The notes beneath the pieces were generated by a model. It made no database searches. It was not told the DNA's origin and was given only the letters and a program-made list of their open reading frames with translations. A stretch of DNA of 32,397 bases, taken from contig JAQGDQ010001620.1 of assembly GCA_030141605.1 (NCBI GenBank), positions 1 to 32,397 on the forward strand, in the 5' to 3' direction. A program made the position numbers and the translations under genes. This document shows positions 11,417 through 23,080 of this stretch, one piece after another (position 1 is the stretch's first letter; every line of letters begins with the position of its first letter). Origin of the DNA: Tubiluchus corallicola (Eukaryota > Animalia > Priapulida).

Positions 11417-12050
11417 GCTTTTACAAATGTAGACCTGCGTTAACTCAAATGTAGATTTAGGTAATTCAAATGTGTCTTAGTAACTCAAATGTAGATTTAG
11501 GTAATTCAAATGTGTCTTGGTAACTCAAATGTAGATTTAGGTAATTCAAATGTGTCTTGGTAACTCAAATGTAGATTTAGGTAATTCAAATGTGTCTTGG
11601 TAACTCAAATGTAGACTTAGGTAGTTCAAATGTGTTAACAATGGTTTTCAGGAAATCTTAAGCGCTTTTGGCAAGTCATATGTAGACACATGTCAAGTCA
11701 AATGTGACATTGGTATCTCAAATGTGGATAGGTGGTAAAGCTTAAGGATGTTAAATTTAATCTTCTTTAATTTCAATTTAATAATTGCTTTTAAGTTAAA
11801 ATAACAACTTTATAGGTCTACTAATAGATGCACTATCTTTGGTTTATCTTTTTCTAATTTGCACTTAAACAACTTAATTACCGATTTATTCAAAGTACCG
11901 CATCTATATTTGACTTACCTAAGTCACATTTGAACTTTCCTGTGTCTACATTTGACTTACCTAAGTCACATTTGAACTTTCCTGTGTCTACAATTGACTT
12001 ACCTAAGTCACATTTGAACTTTCCTGTGTCTACATTTGACGTGTAAAACC
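11417..12050. mobile_element. Foldback-like non-autonomous element with inverted subterminal tandem arrays, probable TA TSD
   Basis: Left end gcttttaca-aatgtagac vs right end gtctacatttgacgtgtaaaacc; 40-bp array (taactcaaatgtagatttaggtaattcaaatgtgtcttgg, ~5x) at 11441-11634 and related inverted ~42-bp array (catttgacttacctaagtcacatttgaactttcctgtgtcta, ~3x) at 11900-12040; ta on both flanks. Confidence 0.65.
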
Positions 12051-12317
12051 TACAGAAGAATGGTAAATAATTTTGGTAAAATATTACTTTATTTTAGGGA
12101 ACATAATTGTAGGTTGTTACATAATGTGTCATCATCGGATTATTGGTGTCCATTAAGCGTGCTCAAAGTCTTTATGTGTAGATAAGTTCATATGCACACA
12201 GTATCGCTTGGTTTTAGGAAATCGTGTGTTTGCTGAAGTGATAAGATCGTTAAGCTAGTACGTCAGTGCTAGTGTCTATTGTAGTTAGTGATGTGACACT
12301 GTATGTGACTACTTGAT

Positions 12318-12697
12318 TTCTCTACCGTTATAGGTTAAACAAATCAAGTCCCTATCAGCATTTAAAACAAAATTAAAATCACTAATATTAACCAGATACG
12401 AAATACCATCACACCAGCACGACAACATACACACTAATTCAGAATTCATATATCCACGGCCATATTAATTAAATCATAATTTTTTCATTTTTGTGCATAG
12501 TTGTAAATATGTTTGATTTTATTCGTCGTTACTTTCCATTACTGCACAGTAGTTTAGATTGCACTGACGCATTTGCCTTTAGCAGTGTAAGTTTTTATTA
12601 ACTAACACTGATTGATTATCTCTGTAAAGTTTTTATCAGTGATTATCAATGTTTTTAATGGCAAATAAAGATTATTATATATATATATATATATATA
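12318..12697 (+). mobile_element. 5'-truncated CR1/L2-group LINE 3' end, copy 2, (TA)n tail
   Basis: Inverted match to 9858-~10235; ends gcaaataaagattat(ta)n. Confidence 0.88.
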
Positions 12698-12781
12698 ACT
12701 CCACTACTTTACGCTTCTCAATGCATCCGGCGATATTAAGCTAATCGACTGTTTTACACACCACTTTCTTACAGTGTTACA

Positions 12782-12795
12782 GTGTGTGTGTGTGT

Positions 12796-12873
<78 letters not shown>
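12782..12873. repeat. (GT)n microsatellite
   Basis: Direct observation, one interruption. Confidence 0.97.
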
Positions 12874-12875
<2 letters not shown>

Positions 12876-13977
12876 TAATAATGGAATGGAAGGTAACAGT
12901 ACAGCTGCTAACAGTAACGATTATCCATGTCCATGATGATTATTGAAGTTTTCATCAGCTGCCTAACACGTGTGCAGTAACTTACCTGCTAGTGCAACAG
13001 TAGAGATGCTTTGCGGCTAATTCAAGAATAATTTTTAAATACTTTGATGGAGAATTTTGTGATGCTGGGATAGTTATTCTTAAATTTCTTTGTTCTGATT
13101 GGTGTTCCTGTAATGTCCGTACTCTTAGCTGCGCGATGTCAAAAATACTTAGTCATTTAAGCAAAGCGATAATAAAAAACTAAAACAAAAGAATGAGAAA
13201 ATTATCTATGAAACAATACTTAACTGTTCATGTTTATTAGGTAAATAAATAAATAAATATATAAAATTATGCATTTATTTATAAGAAATGAATAAGTAGG
13301 AATAAATAAATAAACGAATAATTATCTGTTTAATTGGTTCTAAAATTAATAAAAAACTGAAGGTATACAATTAATTGTTAGGCAGTTAATTAAATTTGTT
13401 ACTGCAGATACTGATACAGGGTTAACGTATTGTTCATTGTAAATCTAACAGGCAAGGTGAACAGGCAAGGTGAAAAAATTTGAAATCGAAACTTTAAATT
13501 TCTCAACGTTACACAGCATTGTTGATGTGCAATCTTCGTAAGGGGGCTATTGGCAAATATATGCGAAGTGTCATAGAAGATTTCTGTTGTTGAACAATTG
13601 TACGTAACAGCGGTGTTATCGTCAAATGCGATTTTAGTTCAGAAATTGATGTTTTCTAAGCCGACAAAATGTAAGAATATTTTAGAATTATAAAATATTG
13701 TATATTTTAGACCATAGATCATTGGTAAATGTGCGTTATGGCCTAAAATTGATTAGTTTCTATAGAAATTAATAACTGGCTGACTGATTCTCACAGGTGC
13801 AGACTGTCACTTTGTATTGCGCATGCCCAGCTAACAATCACTGAAAGTTGACAGAGAGAAAAAGACAGATAGAAAAGCGGCCGCTCTCTCCCTTCCATTT
13901 CATACAGGAATTTCCAAAGTCCTCTGTCTTACAGACTGCAATAATTATGCAAAAATGTGTTTTATAAAACTACACAC

Positions 13978-14260
13978 GTGTTTCAATGAGAACAATGTGT
14001 TCCAATGAGAACAATGTGTTCCAATGAGAACAATGTGTTCCAATGAGAACAATGTGCTCCAATCAGAACAATGTGTTCCCATCAGAACAATGTGTTCCAA
14101 TCAGAACAATGTGTTCCAATCAGAACAATGTGTTCCAATGAGAACAATGTGTTCCAATCAGAACAATGTGTTCCATAGAGAACAATGTGTTCCAATCAGA
14201 ACAATGTGTTCCAATCAGAACAATGTGTTCCAATCAGAACAATGTGTTCCAATCAGAACA
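13978..14260. repeat. 19-bp minisatellite, ~14-15 copies
   Basis: ccaat[g/c]agaacaatgtgtt, caatgag at 13984, 14003, 14022. Confidence 0.95.
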
Positions 14261-14339
14261 GACATCATGTCCGTCTTCACAAAAATTAACAAAACGACTA
14301 ATTTATAATGAAGAAGATTGAAGACGTGTGAAAAATTTT

Positions 14340-14412
14340 AAGCTAACCAGAACTCGAACCCAAAACCTTGCAATTACAGGATTTGAACTATCGCCTCAAC
14401 ACAGCGGCGAGT
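14340..14412 (-). mobile_element. Possible degenerate tRNA-derived SINE head
   Basis: Minus strand has B-box-like ggttcgagttc (14350-14360) with tRNA-like spacing; A box and cloverleaf not convincing. Confidence 0.25.
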
Positions 14413-15301
14413 ATGTCTGGGATTTCATCATGGTAGTTTTCAATTCAAATTCGATTCAATTTCAATTTATTTATCTCTTTATAGTGTTACAATAAAACAT
14501 GATTAATAATTACAGCAATCAATCATGCCACCCCTACGATACGATGACGATGAAAATGAGGACAAAGATGACGATGTTGGAGATGATGATGATAGTGATG
14601 ATGACGGTGATACAACATTACATTTGAACACACTCTACCGTACAGTGGGAGTTGACATGCAAATCTCAAACACCTTTCTTTAAAGTATCCGAGACACTCA
14701 CGCATGCGTGCACAGAGCAAGCACAAAGCGTGCACAGAGCAAGCCTTGCCGTCAAATGAAAGTCGATAATACTACAGACATCTGCGAATCCCCACGATTA
14801 ATAAAACGAGGTAACCCTTGTTTGCAGATTAAATCAAGATTCTCCATTCCAAACAATTTTGTGGAATTTTCCCCGACTTGCATGCAATGTGGCTTCCTCC
14901 ATATTTATCACATTTGACACGTTTATGTGTTTTCTTAGCAGAAAACGCTCGTTCTCTCGTGCACCTCTTCTGCAGAGGCAAGTTTCCCTGCACCCCTTTC
15001 AGTTTCTCCCTTCTTGGCGATCAATATCAACTTCTAAGTGATCTGGTGATGTGGTCAACTTTTAATGCGGACACAACAATTACGCTCTTGGACGAAAATT
15101 ACTGGAAATCTCCCAAATGGAAACGCGGCTTCTGTACCGGAAATTCTGTTCTTGGATCCGCCCCTAGTACAAATTTTGAGTTTCATATCACTTTATGTTG
15201 GTTCTGATATTCCTTTTAGATGTCATCTGAGCTTCTGTTTACTCAGTTTCGTGTTTGGTGGTAGATTTGTGAAAGTTGCCACCCTGCGAATTCCTTTGTT
15301 T

Positions 15302-15850
15302 TATATATATATAATAATCTTTATTTGCCATTAAAATACATTGATAATCACTGATAAAAACTTTACAGAGATGATCAATCAGTGTTAGTTAATAAAAACT
15401 TACACTGCTAAAGTCAAATGCGTCAGTGCAATCTAAACTACTGTGCAGTAATGGAAAGTAACGACGAATAAAATCAAACATATTTACAACTATGCACAAA
15501 AAAATGAAAAAAACTATGATTTAATTAATATGGCTGTGGATATATGAATTCTGAATTAGTGTGTATGTTGTCGTACTGGTGTGATGGTATTTCATATCTG
15601 GTTAATATTAGTGATTTTAATTTTGTTTTAAATACTGATAGGGACCTGATTTGTTTAACCTGTAATGGTAGAGAATTCCAAAGTAGAATTGCTTGTTTGA
15701 TGACAGAGTTCGTTCCGTGTGGGTATTTGTCCTAATTTGTTTTAGATTGTTTGTTCTGGAATTAGACGTTCTGGATTTAGAATTTTGCTACTGAAATTTC
15801 TATACTGAACAATTTGTCTTTTGAAACCAAAAATTATTATTGTGAACGTG
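15302..15850 (-). mobile_element. 5'-truncated CR1/L2-group LINE 3' end, copy 3 (outer end of IR2 left arm)
   Basis: Same ORF2 C-terminus, 3' UTR and (TA)n tail as copies 1, 2 and 4; 5' boundary approximate. Confidence 0.88.
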
Positions 15851-16766
15851 ACATTACAAGACGCTATGAGCAAGAAACAAAGAAAAAAAACATCAACACG
15901 AACAACATAAAAATACTATAATAAAATACACGGAAGCCACAAAATAAAATAAAACATGTAATAATTATTAGGTAAAAAAATTCGAATAAATAGAATTGGC
16001 ATAAATCCCATTATTCATTATCAAAAAAATTTGTTTACCATTTCTATTTTTCCTTCATCGTCTTTCTCAATTGTTGAACAGTAGACTGTTTCACGACGAA
16101 ACTATTAAAACAGTTAAATTCTAAGACAACTTTTTAAACGTAAATTTTTCTAAAGCCCAGGCTAAATGTTTGTGTCACAAACGGCAAACTTACGTTACCG
16201 TCAAGTTTTTGTAATCCTAGAATCAAACTAAAGTACGGAAACAAAAAACTACATTTTTGAACATTTACGTCACAAACTAGCTGGCAGAAGTCTCCAGTTT
16301 TGCTAAAATTTATTTTCCCGAATTGTTGCTTTTAATAATCCATTTACTAATTAGCACACTTTTCCCATTCGCTACCTACAAGAGGAAAATGATTTAGCCT
16401 GTCCGGCTACATAATGAAAATGCTGGAGATTTTTCTATTAATCTAATGATAATTCGAGAAACAATTTTATGAACATCATTAATTAGTTCCTCGATTTGTT
16501 TAGAATCGCTCCATGTCTTATTATAAACCTCAACATTTCATCCAGACTTCTTTCCAATTATCCAAACCACGACAGGGCCTGTTCTTGAAATCACAAGTGA
16601 CCACTTAAAATTCTCAGAACTGACCACAAAACTCCTTTGGTTATGGCTTGGAATGTCCGACTATGATGTTTCACTTGGCATGTCCCATGTTACGTAATGC
16701 TCATGTCTTATCCCAAATTCTAGGAATTCACCGCTTCGTGCTCATCCTTCTGCGTGTCCCTCCAAT

Positions 16767-17358
16767 TTGACACAGTACATCCCATGTTTCATATGCTCTT
16801 CCTTCTCTCCAAGTTGACACAGTACATCCCATGTTTCATATGCTCTTCCTTCTCTCCAAGTTGACACAGTACATCCCATGTTTCATATGCTCTTCCTTCT
16901 CTCCAAGTTGACACAGTACATCCCATGTTTCATATGCTCTCCCTTCTCTCTAAGTTGACACAGTACATCCCATGTTTCATATGCTCTCCCTTCTCTCTAA
17001 GTTGACATCCCATGTTTCATATGCTCTTCCTTCTCTCCAAGTTGACACAGTACATCCCATGTTTCATATGCTCTTCCTTCTCTCCAAGTTGACACAGTAC
17101 ATCCCATGTTTCATATGCTCTTCCTTCTCTCCAAGTTGACACAGTGCATCCCATGTTTCATATGCTCTTCCTTCTCTCTAAGTTGACACAGTACATCCCA
17201 TGTTTCATATGCTCTTCCTTCTCTCTAAGTTGACACAGTGCATCCCATGTTTCATATGCTCTTCCTTCTCTCTAAGTTGACACAGTACATCCCATGTTTC
17301 ATATGCTCTCCCTTCTCTCTAAGTTGACATCCCATGTTTCATATGCTCTTCCTTCTCT
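16767..17358. repeat. 47-bp minisatellite, 13 copies (two are 40-bp variants)
   Basis: ttgacacagtacatcccatgtttcatatgctcttccttctctccaag at 16814, 16861...; only 2 copies at the homologous site 30838-30920. Confidence 0.95.
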
Positions 17359-17997
17359 GCTTATTCAAAGCAGATTTACTTCATTAGATATCAGCTAATT
17401 AGAATTTTAGGAAGGCGCTTTTGCTACTCCATTCCAACAATCGTAATGACCTAAGTGATCAAAATACTTAAATTGCAGTGTGATCATCTTAAAATTTTAA
17501 ATTGAACTTCTTTTTCTTTAAAAAAAATCAAAAAAAAATTGCACATTAAATTTGACAACACGGAATTAAATTGTAGTAGAACGTCTTTTCGATTGATTTT
17601 GTTTCAATATTTTATTTTACATTATTGTGATAATTTTTCATTCCGTTTAAAGTTCTAAGTTTTTCATTTTTATTTGCCTGGCAATGGAGACAGCTATTCA
17701 AAACAATAACCACGTTAATATGTTGTATTTATGTTGTAATCGGTTGTATTAGTCATTAACTTCGTCATGTTTAAAACACTGTTATTTAAAAAATCTTATA
17801 TATTTGTGGATAAAATATACAAATAAATGGTTACCAGGGCAACAGAAACGTTTAATTTATAATAAAGGATATTCTTCTTCAACCCGCGACTTAATTAGAT
17901 TTTGATTGATTATTTATAATTAATTCAGTTCAGTGATTATTATTAAATCAAAGATTCTTGAAATGGTAAATTTTACAGAAAAAAACTTTGCAAATTA

Positions 17998-18161
17998 TTA
18001 TCATCATAATCGCCACCACCACCACCATCAACACCACCACCACCAGCACCACCAGCAAAACCAGCACCAGCACCACCACCGTCACGACCACCACCACCAC
18101 CGTCATCGTCATCACCATCGTCACGACCACCACCACCACCATCATCGTCATCACCATCGTC
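17998..18161. repeat. (CAC/CAT/CAG)n trinucleotide tract
   Basis: Direct observation; mirrored at ~30030-30200. Confidence 0.9.
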
Positions 18162-18224
18162 AAAACCTAATCACCGCGAGGTCTGCATCTACTAAGTTTT
18201 CTCGCTTGCTTGAGCTTACGGAGA

Positions 18225-18665
18225 ATTGTTTTGTTTGTTGTATTGTATTATTTTATGTTCTACTGTGCTGTGTTGTGTTGTGTTGTGCTGTGTCGTACTC
18301 TCTTGTCTACTATATTGCGTTGAATTTCATTGTGTTTTGTGCAATGTCAATGTTGTGTTGTGCTGTGCTGTATCATGATGTGTTGTATTGTTTAGTTGGC
18401 TTATGTTGTGTTGTGATGCGTTATACTATGTTGTGTTGAGCTGTACTGTGGCGTTCTGTGCTGTGCCTTCATGCTTTGGGTCACTTTTCATGGTGTTGTA
18501 TTGTGTTGCATTGCAATGTATTGAGTTGCAATGTTGTGTCGTGTTGTATTGGGTTATGTTGTGTTGTGTCGTGTTGTATTGGGTTATGTTGTGTTGTGTT
18601 GTGTTGTGTTGTATTGGGTTATGTTGTGTTGTGTTGTGTTGTGTTGTGTTCCGTATTGTGTTGTG
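18225..18665. repeat. Degenerate (TGTGT/TGTAT)n pentanucleotide tract
   Basis: Direct observation; the IR2 inner boundary falls near its start. Confidence 0.88.
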
Positions 18666-19129
18666 CGTATCGTATTTAGTGTCAACTCTGCAAATGAATC
18701 TTTTTTTCTAGGATGTGAACTGAAAAGTTGACTGTATCTCAAAAAATGAAAATTCGTTTTTAGAACATCACAGAGAAACCGCCATCACAATCCACCACAA
18801 TTTACAAAATGTATCATTTTTCAGTTACATTGACTTTTAGCTAAAAGATAAAGGTTAGGCAAAAGAAAATGAACGAATTCTTCTATTAATGTTTTATTTA
18901 TTTAAAGTGAATTATTTCATTTTAAACAATCTGCTCCGAAATTTCTTACAGGGTAGAATCGTCAAAATTAAATATTTTTAAAACACAATGTAAAAACATT
19001 ACTGTTACCAAAATTCATACAAAATGTCACCAAATTTAATTAAATTCCCTGTTAAAATAACACAAACAACAATAACAATGTGAAATTATAACAAACATTT
19101 TTATTTGCAATTATGAAGCATATAGATTA

Positions 19130-19560
19130 GAGTATCAGATCCTTCACGAATGCGTGTTAGCCATTTGTAAATTCTCAAACACGGAATATACGGGGCGTCT
19201 AAGTTTCCAATACTCCGCCAACTACGTGGGCAAACGCACAGGCCGCTCATAAATGCACAACGCAGCTTCTAGCGTATTCTGTAACCAGTAGCGACGCGGG
19301 ATGAGGATGATGCTGCGACCGAGAATCAATTGATCGTCAAATTGATCACGATTTTTAATTTCAAAATCAACACGAGTCATTCGGCGTGAAAAGCGGCTGC
19401 GTTAAGAGTGAGACGTTTGATAAGATGATTTAACGCTTGACAAGATGCTTAACATCTAGTGAAATCTATACCTTTGTGTGAGATTCGTAATCAGTGCTGC
19501 GCACGGTGTGTGTAACTGAACGTATCAGCTCGATTCATGCAAGTTTGATTCAGGTTTGGA
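19130..19560 (+). promoter_or_regulatory. CpG-enriched segment, candidate TMEM26 promoter/5' region
   Basis: Locally GC/CpG-richer, non-repetitive stretch 0.8-1.2 kb upstream of the TMEM26 ATG; inference from composition and position only. Confidence 0.3.
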
Positions 19561-19845
19561 AGCCAAGTTAAACATTAAACCTCTGATAGTTTACAAGAGA
19601 ATGAAATTTCGTGATCGGATTGTGATTTATTTCATGGTAGTGTGCCAAGCTGTCTGCATTTTGCCAAGGATTTGTGCAAGATCGTGTTAACGTGTTTGAT
19701 TGAAGCTTAAATATAAGAAAACATTAATAGTAAGCGAAATGTGAGTTTATGATTTAAAAATTTCGTCTTGTAGTGACATGAAGTCGTCTTTCCCGGGTGA
19801 TTCATTATAAAATCGTTTCGTAAAAAACAATCGCTCGCCACTCTT

Positions 19846-20014
19846 TGTGCAAGAATTAATTACTGCTACGTATGTATAAAAGAACGTATGTGCAAGAATT
19901 AATTACTGCTACGTATGTATAAAAGAACGTATGTGCAAGAATTAATTACTGCAACGTATGTATAAAAGAACGTATGTGCAAGAATTATTTACTGCTGCGT
20001 ATGTATAAAAGAAC
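19846..20014. repeat. 43-bp tandem repeat, 4 copies
   Basis: tgtgcaagaattaattactgctacgtatgtataaaagaacgta at 19846, 19889... Confidence 0.95.
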
Positions 20015-20351
20015 TCTTACCCGTTCACTTCTTCATATGTGTAAAAGAGGCGTCAAGTGATTTTATTGTGTTTGGTCAGTTGTGTACGGTCAGTTGTGTT
20101 TACAATATAGACAAAATTTATAAGTCTAAAAAAACTCAAGGTATTCAGTGTTAAGGTACGCAGTTCATATTACATTGTGTGAAGTAAAGTACAAATTACA
20201 TACAACCTGTGAGGAAACACTATCTAGAGTGATAAGTGTGAATGTTTAATATATTTTGTGATACGTTAGTAGCAAAAACTTCACATACTTTAATGTAGGT
20301 AATGATGCATCTGCGTTCGTATACAAGAGCCTCACTGTGATTCTCAGCAAC

Positions 20352-20545
20352 ATGACAGCCCTAGTTAGAATTGTCAAGGCGTTCCTCGCCCGTATTCTCT
20401 TTGGAATTCACGGCTTTCTTTCCGTCTGGAGGGTGGTAATTGTTATGCAGGATATTCGCTACTGGTTTCTAGGAGGCGCCATTGCCCTCCTCCTGTTTGA
20501 GGGAGTCATATCCATTTGTTGCCGCGGAGGCAGAGAATTGAAATG
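20352..20545 (+). CDS. TMEM26: First coding exon of a transmembrane protein 26 homologue
   Basis: ATG in caacATGa context; MTALVRIVKAFLARILFGIHGFLSVWRVVIVMQDIRYWFLGGAIALLLFEGVISICCRGGRELKW matches the TMEM26 N-terminus (A..RLLF..H....VWRV......RYW.L....LL..E.......G...KW) recalled from vertebrate TMEM26; ends aaa tg|gtaatt, a phase-2 donor inside the Trp codon. Exon 2 not found in the window. Confidence 0.9.
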
Positions 20546-20599
20546 GTAATTTATACATAATTTTTTATAAACAAAATCAAGATATCATTAATTTTAAGT

Positions 20600-21186
20600 T
20601 CAGAGTGAACGGAACTGTAGCAAACATTACAAGTATACTGCTCAACACAGCCCAGAGTGAACAGAACTGTAACAAACATTACAAGTATACTGCTCAACAC
20701 AGCCCAGAGTGAACGGAACTGTAACAAACATTACAAGTACACTGCTCAACACCAGTATACTGCTCAACACAAGTACACTGTTCAACACAAGTATACTGCT
20801 CTACACAAGTATACTGCTCAACACAGCCCAGAGTGAACGGAACTGTAACAAACATTACAAATATACTGCTCAACACAAGTATACTGCTCAACACAAGTAT
20901 ACTGCTCAACACAGCCCAGAGTGAACAGAACTGTAACAAACATTACAAATATACTGTTCAACACAAGTATACTGCTCTACACAAGTATACTGCTCAACAC
21001 AGCCCAGAGTGAACGGAACTGTAACAAACATTACAAATATACTGCTCAACACAAGTATACTGCTCAACACAAGTATACTGCTCAACACAAGTATACTGCT
21101 CAACACAAGTATACTGCTCAACACAAGTACATTGCTCAACACAAGTATACTGCTCAACACAAGTACACTGTTCAACACAAGTATAC
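20600..21186. repeat. Two-component minisatellite (34-bp unit plus runs of an 18-bp unit)
   Basis: agcccagagtgaacggaactgtaacaaacattac x6, each followed by 1,1,5,3,3,8 copies of aagtatactgctcaacac. Confidence 0.95.
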
Positions 21187-21667
21187 ATGCACCGCCCGAA
21201 GCGAGTTTTTTGCCAAGAATGCGTTAAGTTACATCAGTAATAAAGCGTGATACTCATGAATAGCTGACACTGTTACTAAAATCATTTCCTGTTGCTAAAC
21301 GTTACCAGATTAACAGTTACCCGTTTTTCATAAAATAGTTTGATATAATTTTTTTAAGTAGCTCAATCTGGTGGCCGTGATAGTAAACTAATTATCGCTA
21401 TCACACCATATCATTTTTATGAGAGTTTGTTTAGCCAGATTTATTTTTCTGGTGGACATTGGTCAAACGAAGGGTCCTACGGGAACGTAACACGGGCGCA
21501 CTCACACACACATGCTAAACAGTTCAAGATGGTTTTCACAGTTAGAGCATCTAGAGGGTAGGGCTGACGCTAGGGTTAAATATTACAGTTTAATAAAGTA
21601 CTACATCATCTGAAACCTTTTAGTACAGAGTAAATTGAATTACTGTGTTTAGTGTTTGCAGCATTAA

Positions 21668-22130
21668 CCCTTTTAGTCCCAAATTATTTTTTTTATGAGG
21701 AAATTTTTTTTGGCTTGGTACTTTTGTTCAGTATGTCCATCTTGTTTACAAATAAATATTTTTTTCTACCTGTGGCCGCGTGCTAAATATAGCCTGTATC
21801 CCACGGGATACATTGGGATTCAATGGAAGCATAAAATGTGCTTCATTGCAACTGCTGATAATTTTTTAAAGTATTTAAGACATTTACAAGTATTTAGACA
21901 TTGCTATGCTGATGTGTACGAAGTCGTCTCTAAAGTACTGTACCTTGCGCAGTTTTTTATGTTATGTAGATTTTCTAGTTTGCCATTTTATCACCATTTT
22001 TAGTCTATTGTTATTGGCTTAAATCAAAATAACTATTAACAGATCAAATAACTGTCAGTTTTTAAAGTTTATTAATTTCAAAGGCATAAAATATTCTCGT
22101 ATCCCACGGGATACAATGGGTATGAAAAGG
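21668..22130. mobile_element. piggyBac-like non-autonomous element
   Basis: TTAA(21664-21667)-CCCTTTTAGTCCC ... GGGTATGAAAAGG-TTAA(22131-22134); internal palindrome gtatcccacgggatac at 21796 and 22099. Confidence 0.75.
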
Positions 22131-22692
22131 TTAATAATCTTCAAACTTTCTGTGTGTTCAGTATTTCACTTAAAGTGGACGAAAAGGAAATTTTACTTTA
22201 CTTAGCTTTGCGCTTACCTGCTTGTAAGACTTATACAACTACAAAAAAATCTTAGTAATTTAAAATTTTCGGGGGCCAACTGTTAAAAATTTCACTGATT
22301 CGCCTTTCACTGATGCACCGCTGACTGAACAAACTCAACTTTGCTTAGTTTGTGACGTGTAAGAATGCTCTGATTGTTTTTTCAAACTTTACGCAATGTT
22401 ATCTAAACTAGTTTCAGATGACCTGTCGTCAAAATGGCTGCGTCTAATGGTCATCATGGCGGGCATTTAAACTTTTAATTTCCATTTAATTTTGCTGCTA
22501 ATACAAGCTCAGTGCACGATGAGGAGGCAGTAATCAGGTGGAACAAAATTTCAAAGCAACTTTTTCCAGCTTCATGTAAGAAGCCAAGGATTTTCTTACA
22601 GGTTGCGTTCATGATTAAAGGCACTTTGGCTGTATGGAGATTTACACAATTGCTCCTAAGTACGTTTCTTTGGAGTGAAGTAAATAATACTA

Positions 22693-22779
22693 ACGACGAC
22701 GATTATGACGACGACGACGATGATGATGATGGTGACGATGACGACGACGACGACGACGATGATGATGATGATGATGATG
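22693..22779. repeat. (GAC/GAT)n microsatellite
   Basis: Direct observation. Confidence 0.93.
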
Positions 22780-23032
22780 AAATAAATTTGTATTTTACTT
22801 GAGGTTCTCAAGACATGTGGCACGATGACTCGCTCGTCAATATTAAAATGGCGCACAGGTTTTTTTTCAACACAGAAATAGATTATCGTCTCGATTAATT
22901 CATTATAGATTATCGATTATCTCTTTTCGATAGTCGATTATCGTCTTTTACGCTATTTGGTTTGAAACTGGCACCTTGTAACATCTTAAATTGCCAGGCG
23001 AAGGAATAGCTGAGCTCAGCATGCAGTTAGTG

Positions 23033-23080
23033 ACCGAAGTTAAACAATGCCAGATCTGGTCAGTAAATGATTGTATGAAC
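23033..23080 (+). pseudogene. Possible degenerate 5S rRNA/SINE3 fragment
   Basis: accgaagttaaacaatgccagatctggtcagta resembles 5S accgaagttaagcaacgtcgggcctggtcagta; short and diverged. Confidence 0.35.

Larger units (their letters stand above)
15296..18274 (+). repeat. Long inverted repeat IR2, left arm
   Basis: ttgttttatatatatataataatctttatttgcc at 15296 is the reverse complement of the last bases of the window; co-linear match to ~18274 / 29919. Confidence 0.97.

Noticed and set aside
17933-18731. His-rich and Cys/Val-rich ORFs (also 29913-30263)
   Set aside because: Products of (CAC)n and (TGTGT)n repeats; non-ATG start and no recognisable domain.
20694-21250. CVEQYT / NTSILL / KYTAQH repeat ORFs
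   Set aside because: 18-bp minisatellite open in most frames; the 34-bp unit shifts frame; lies just inside TMEM26 intron 1.
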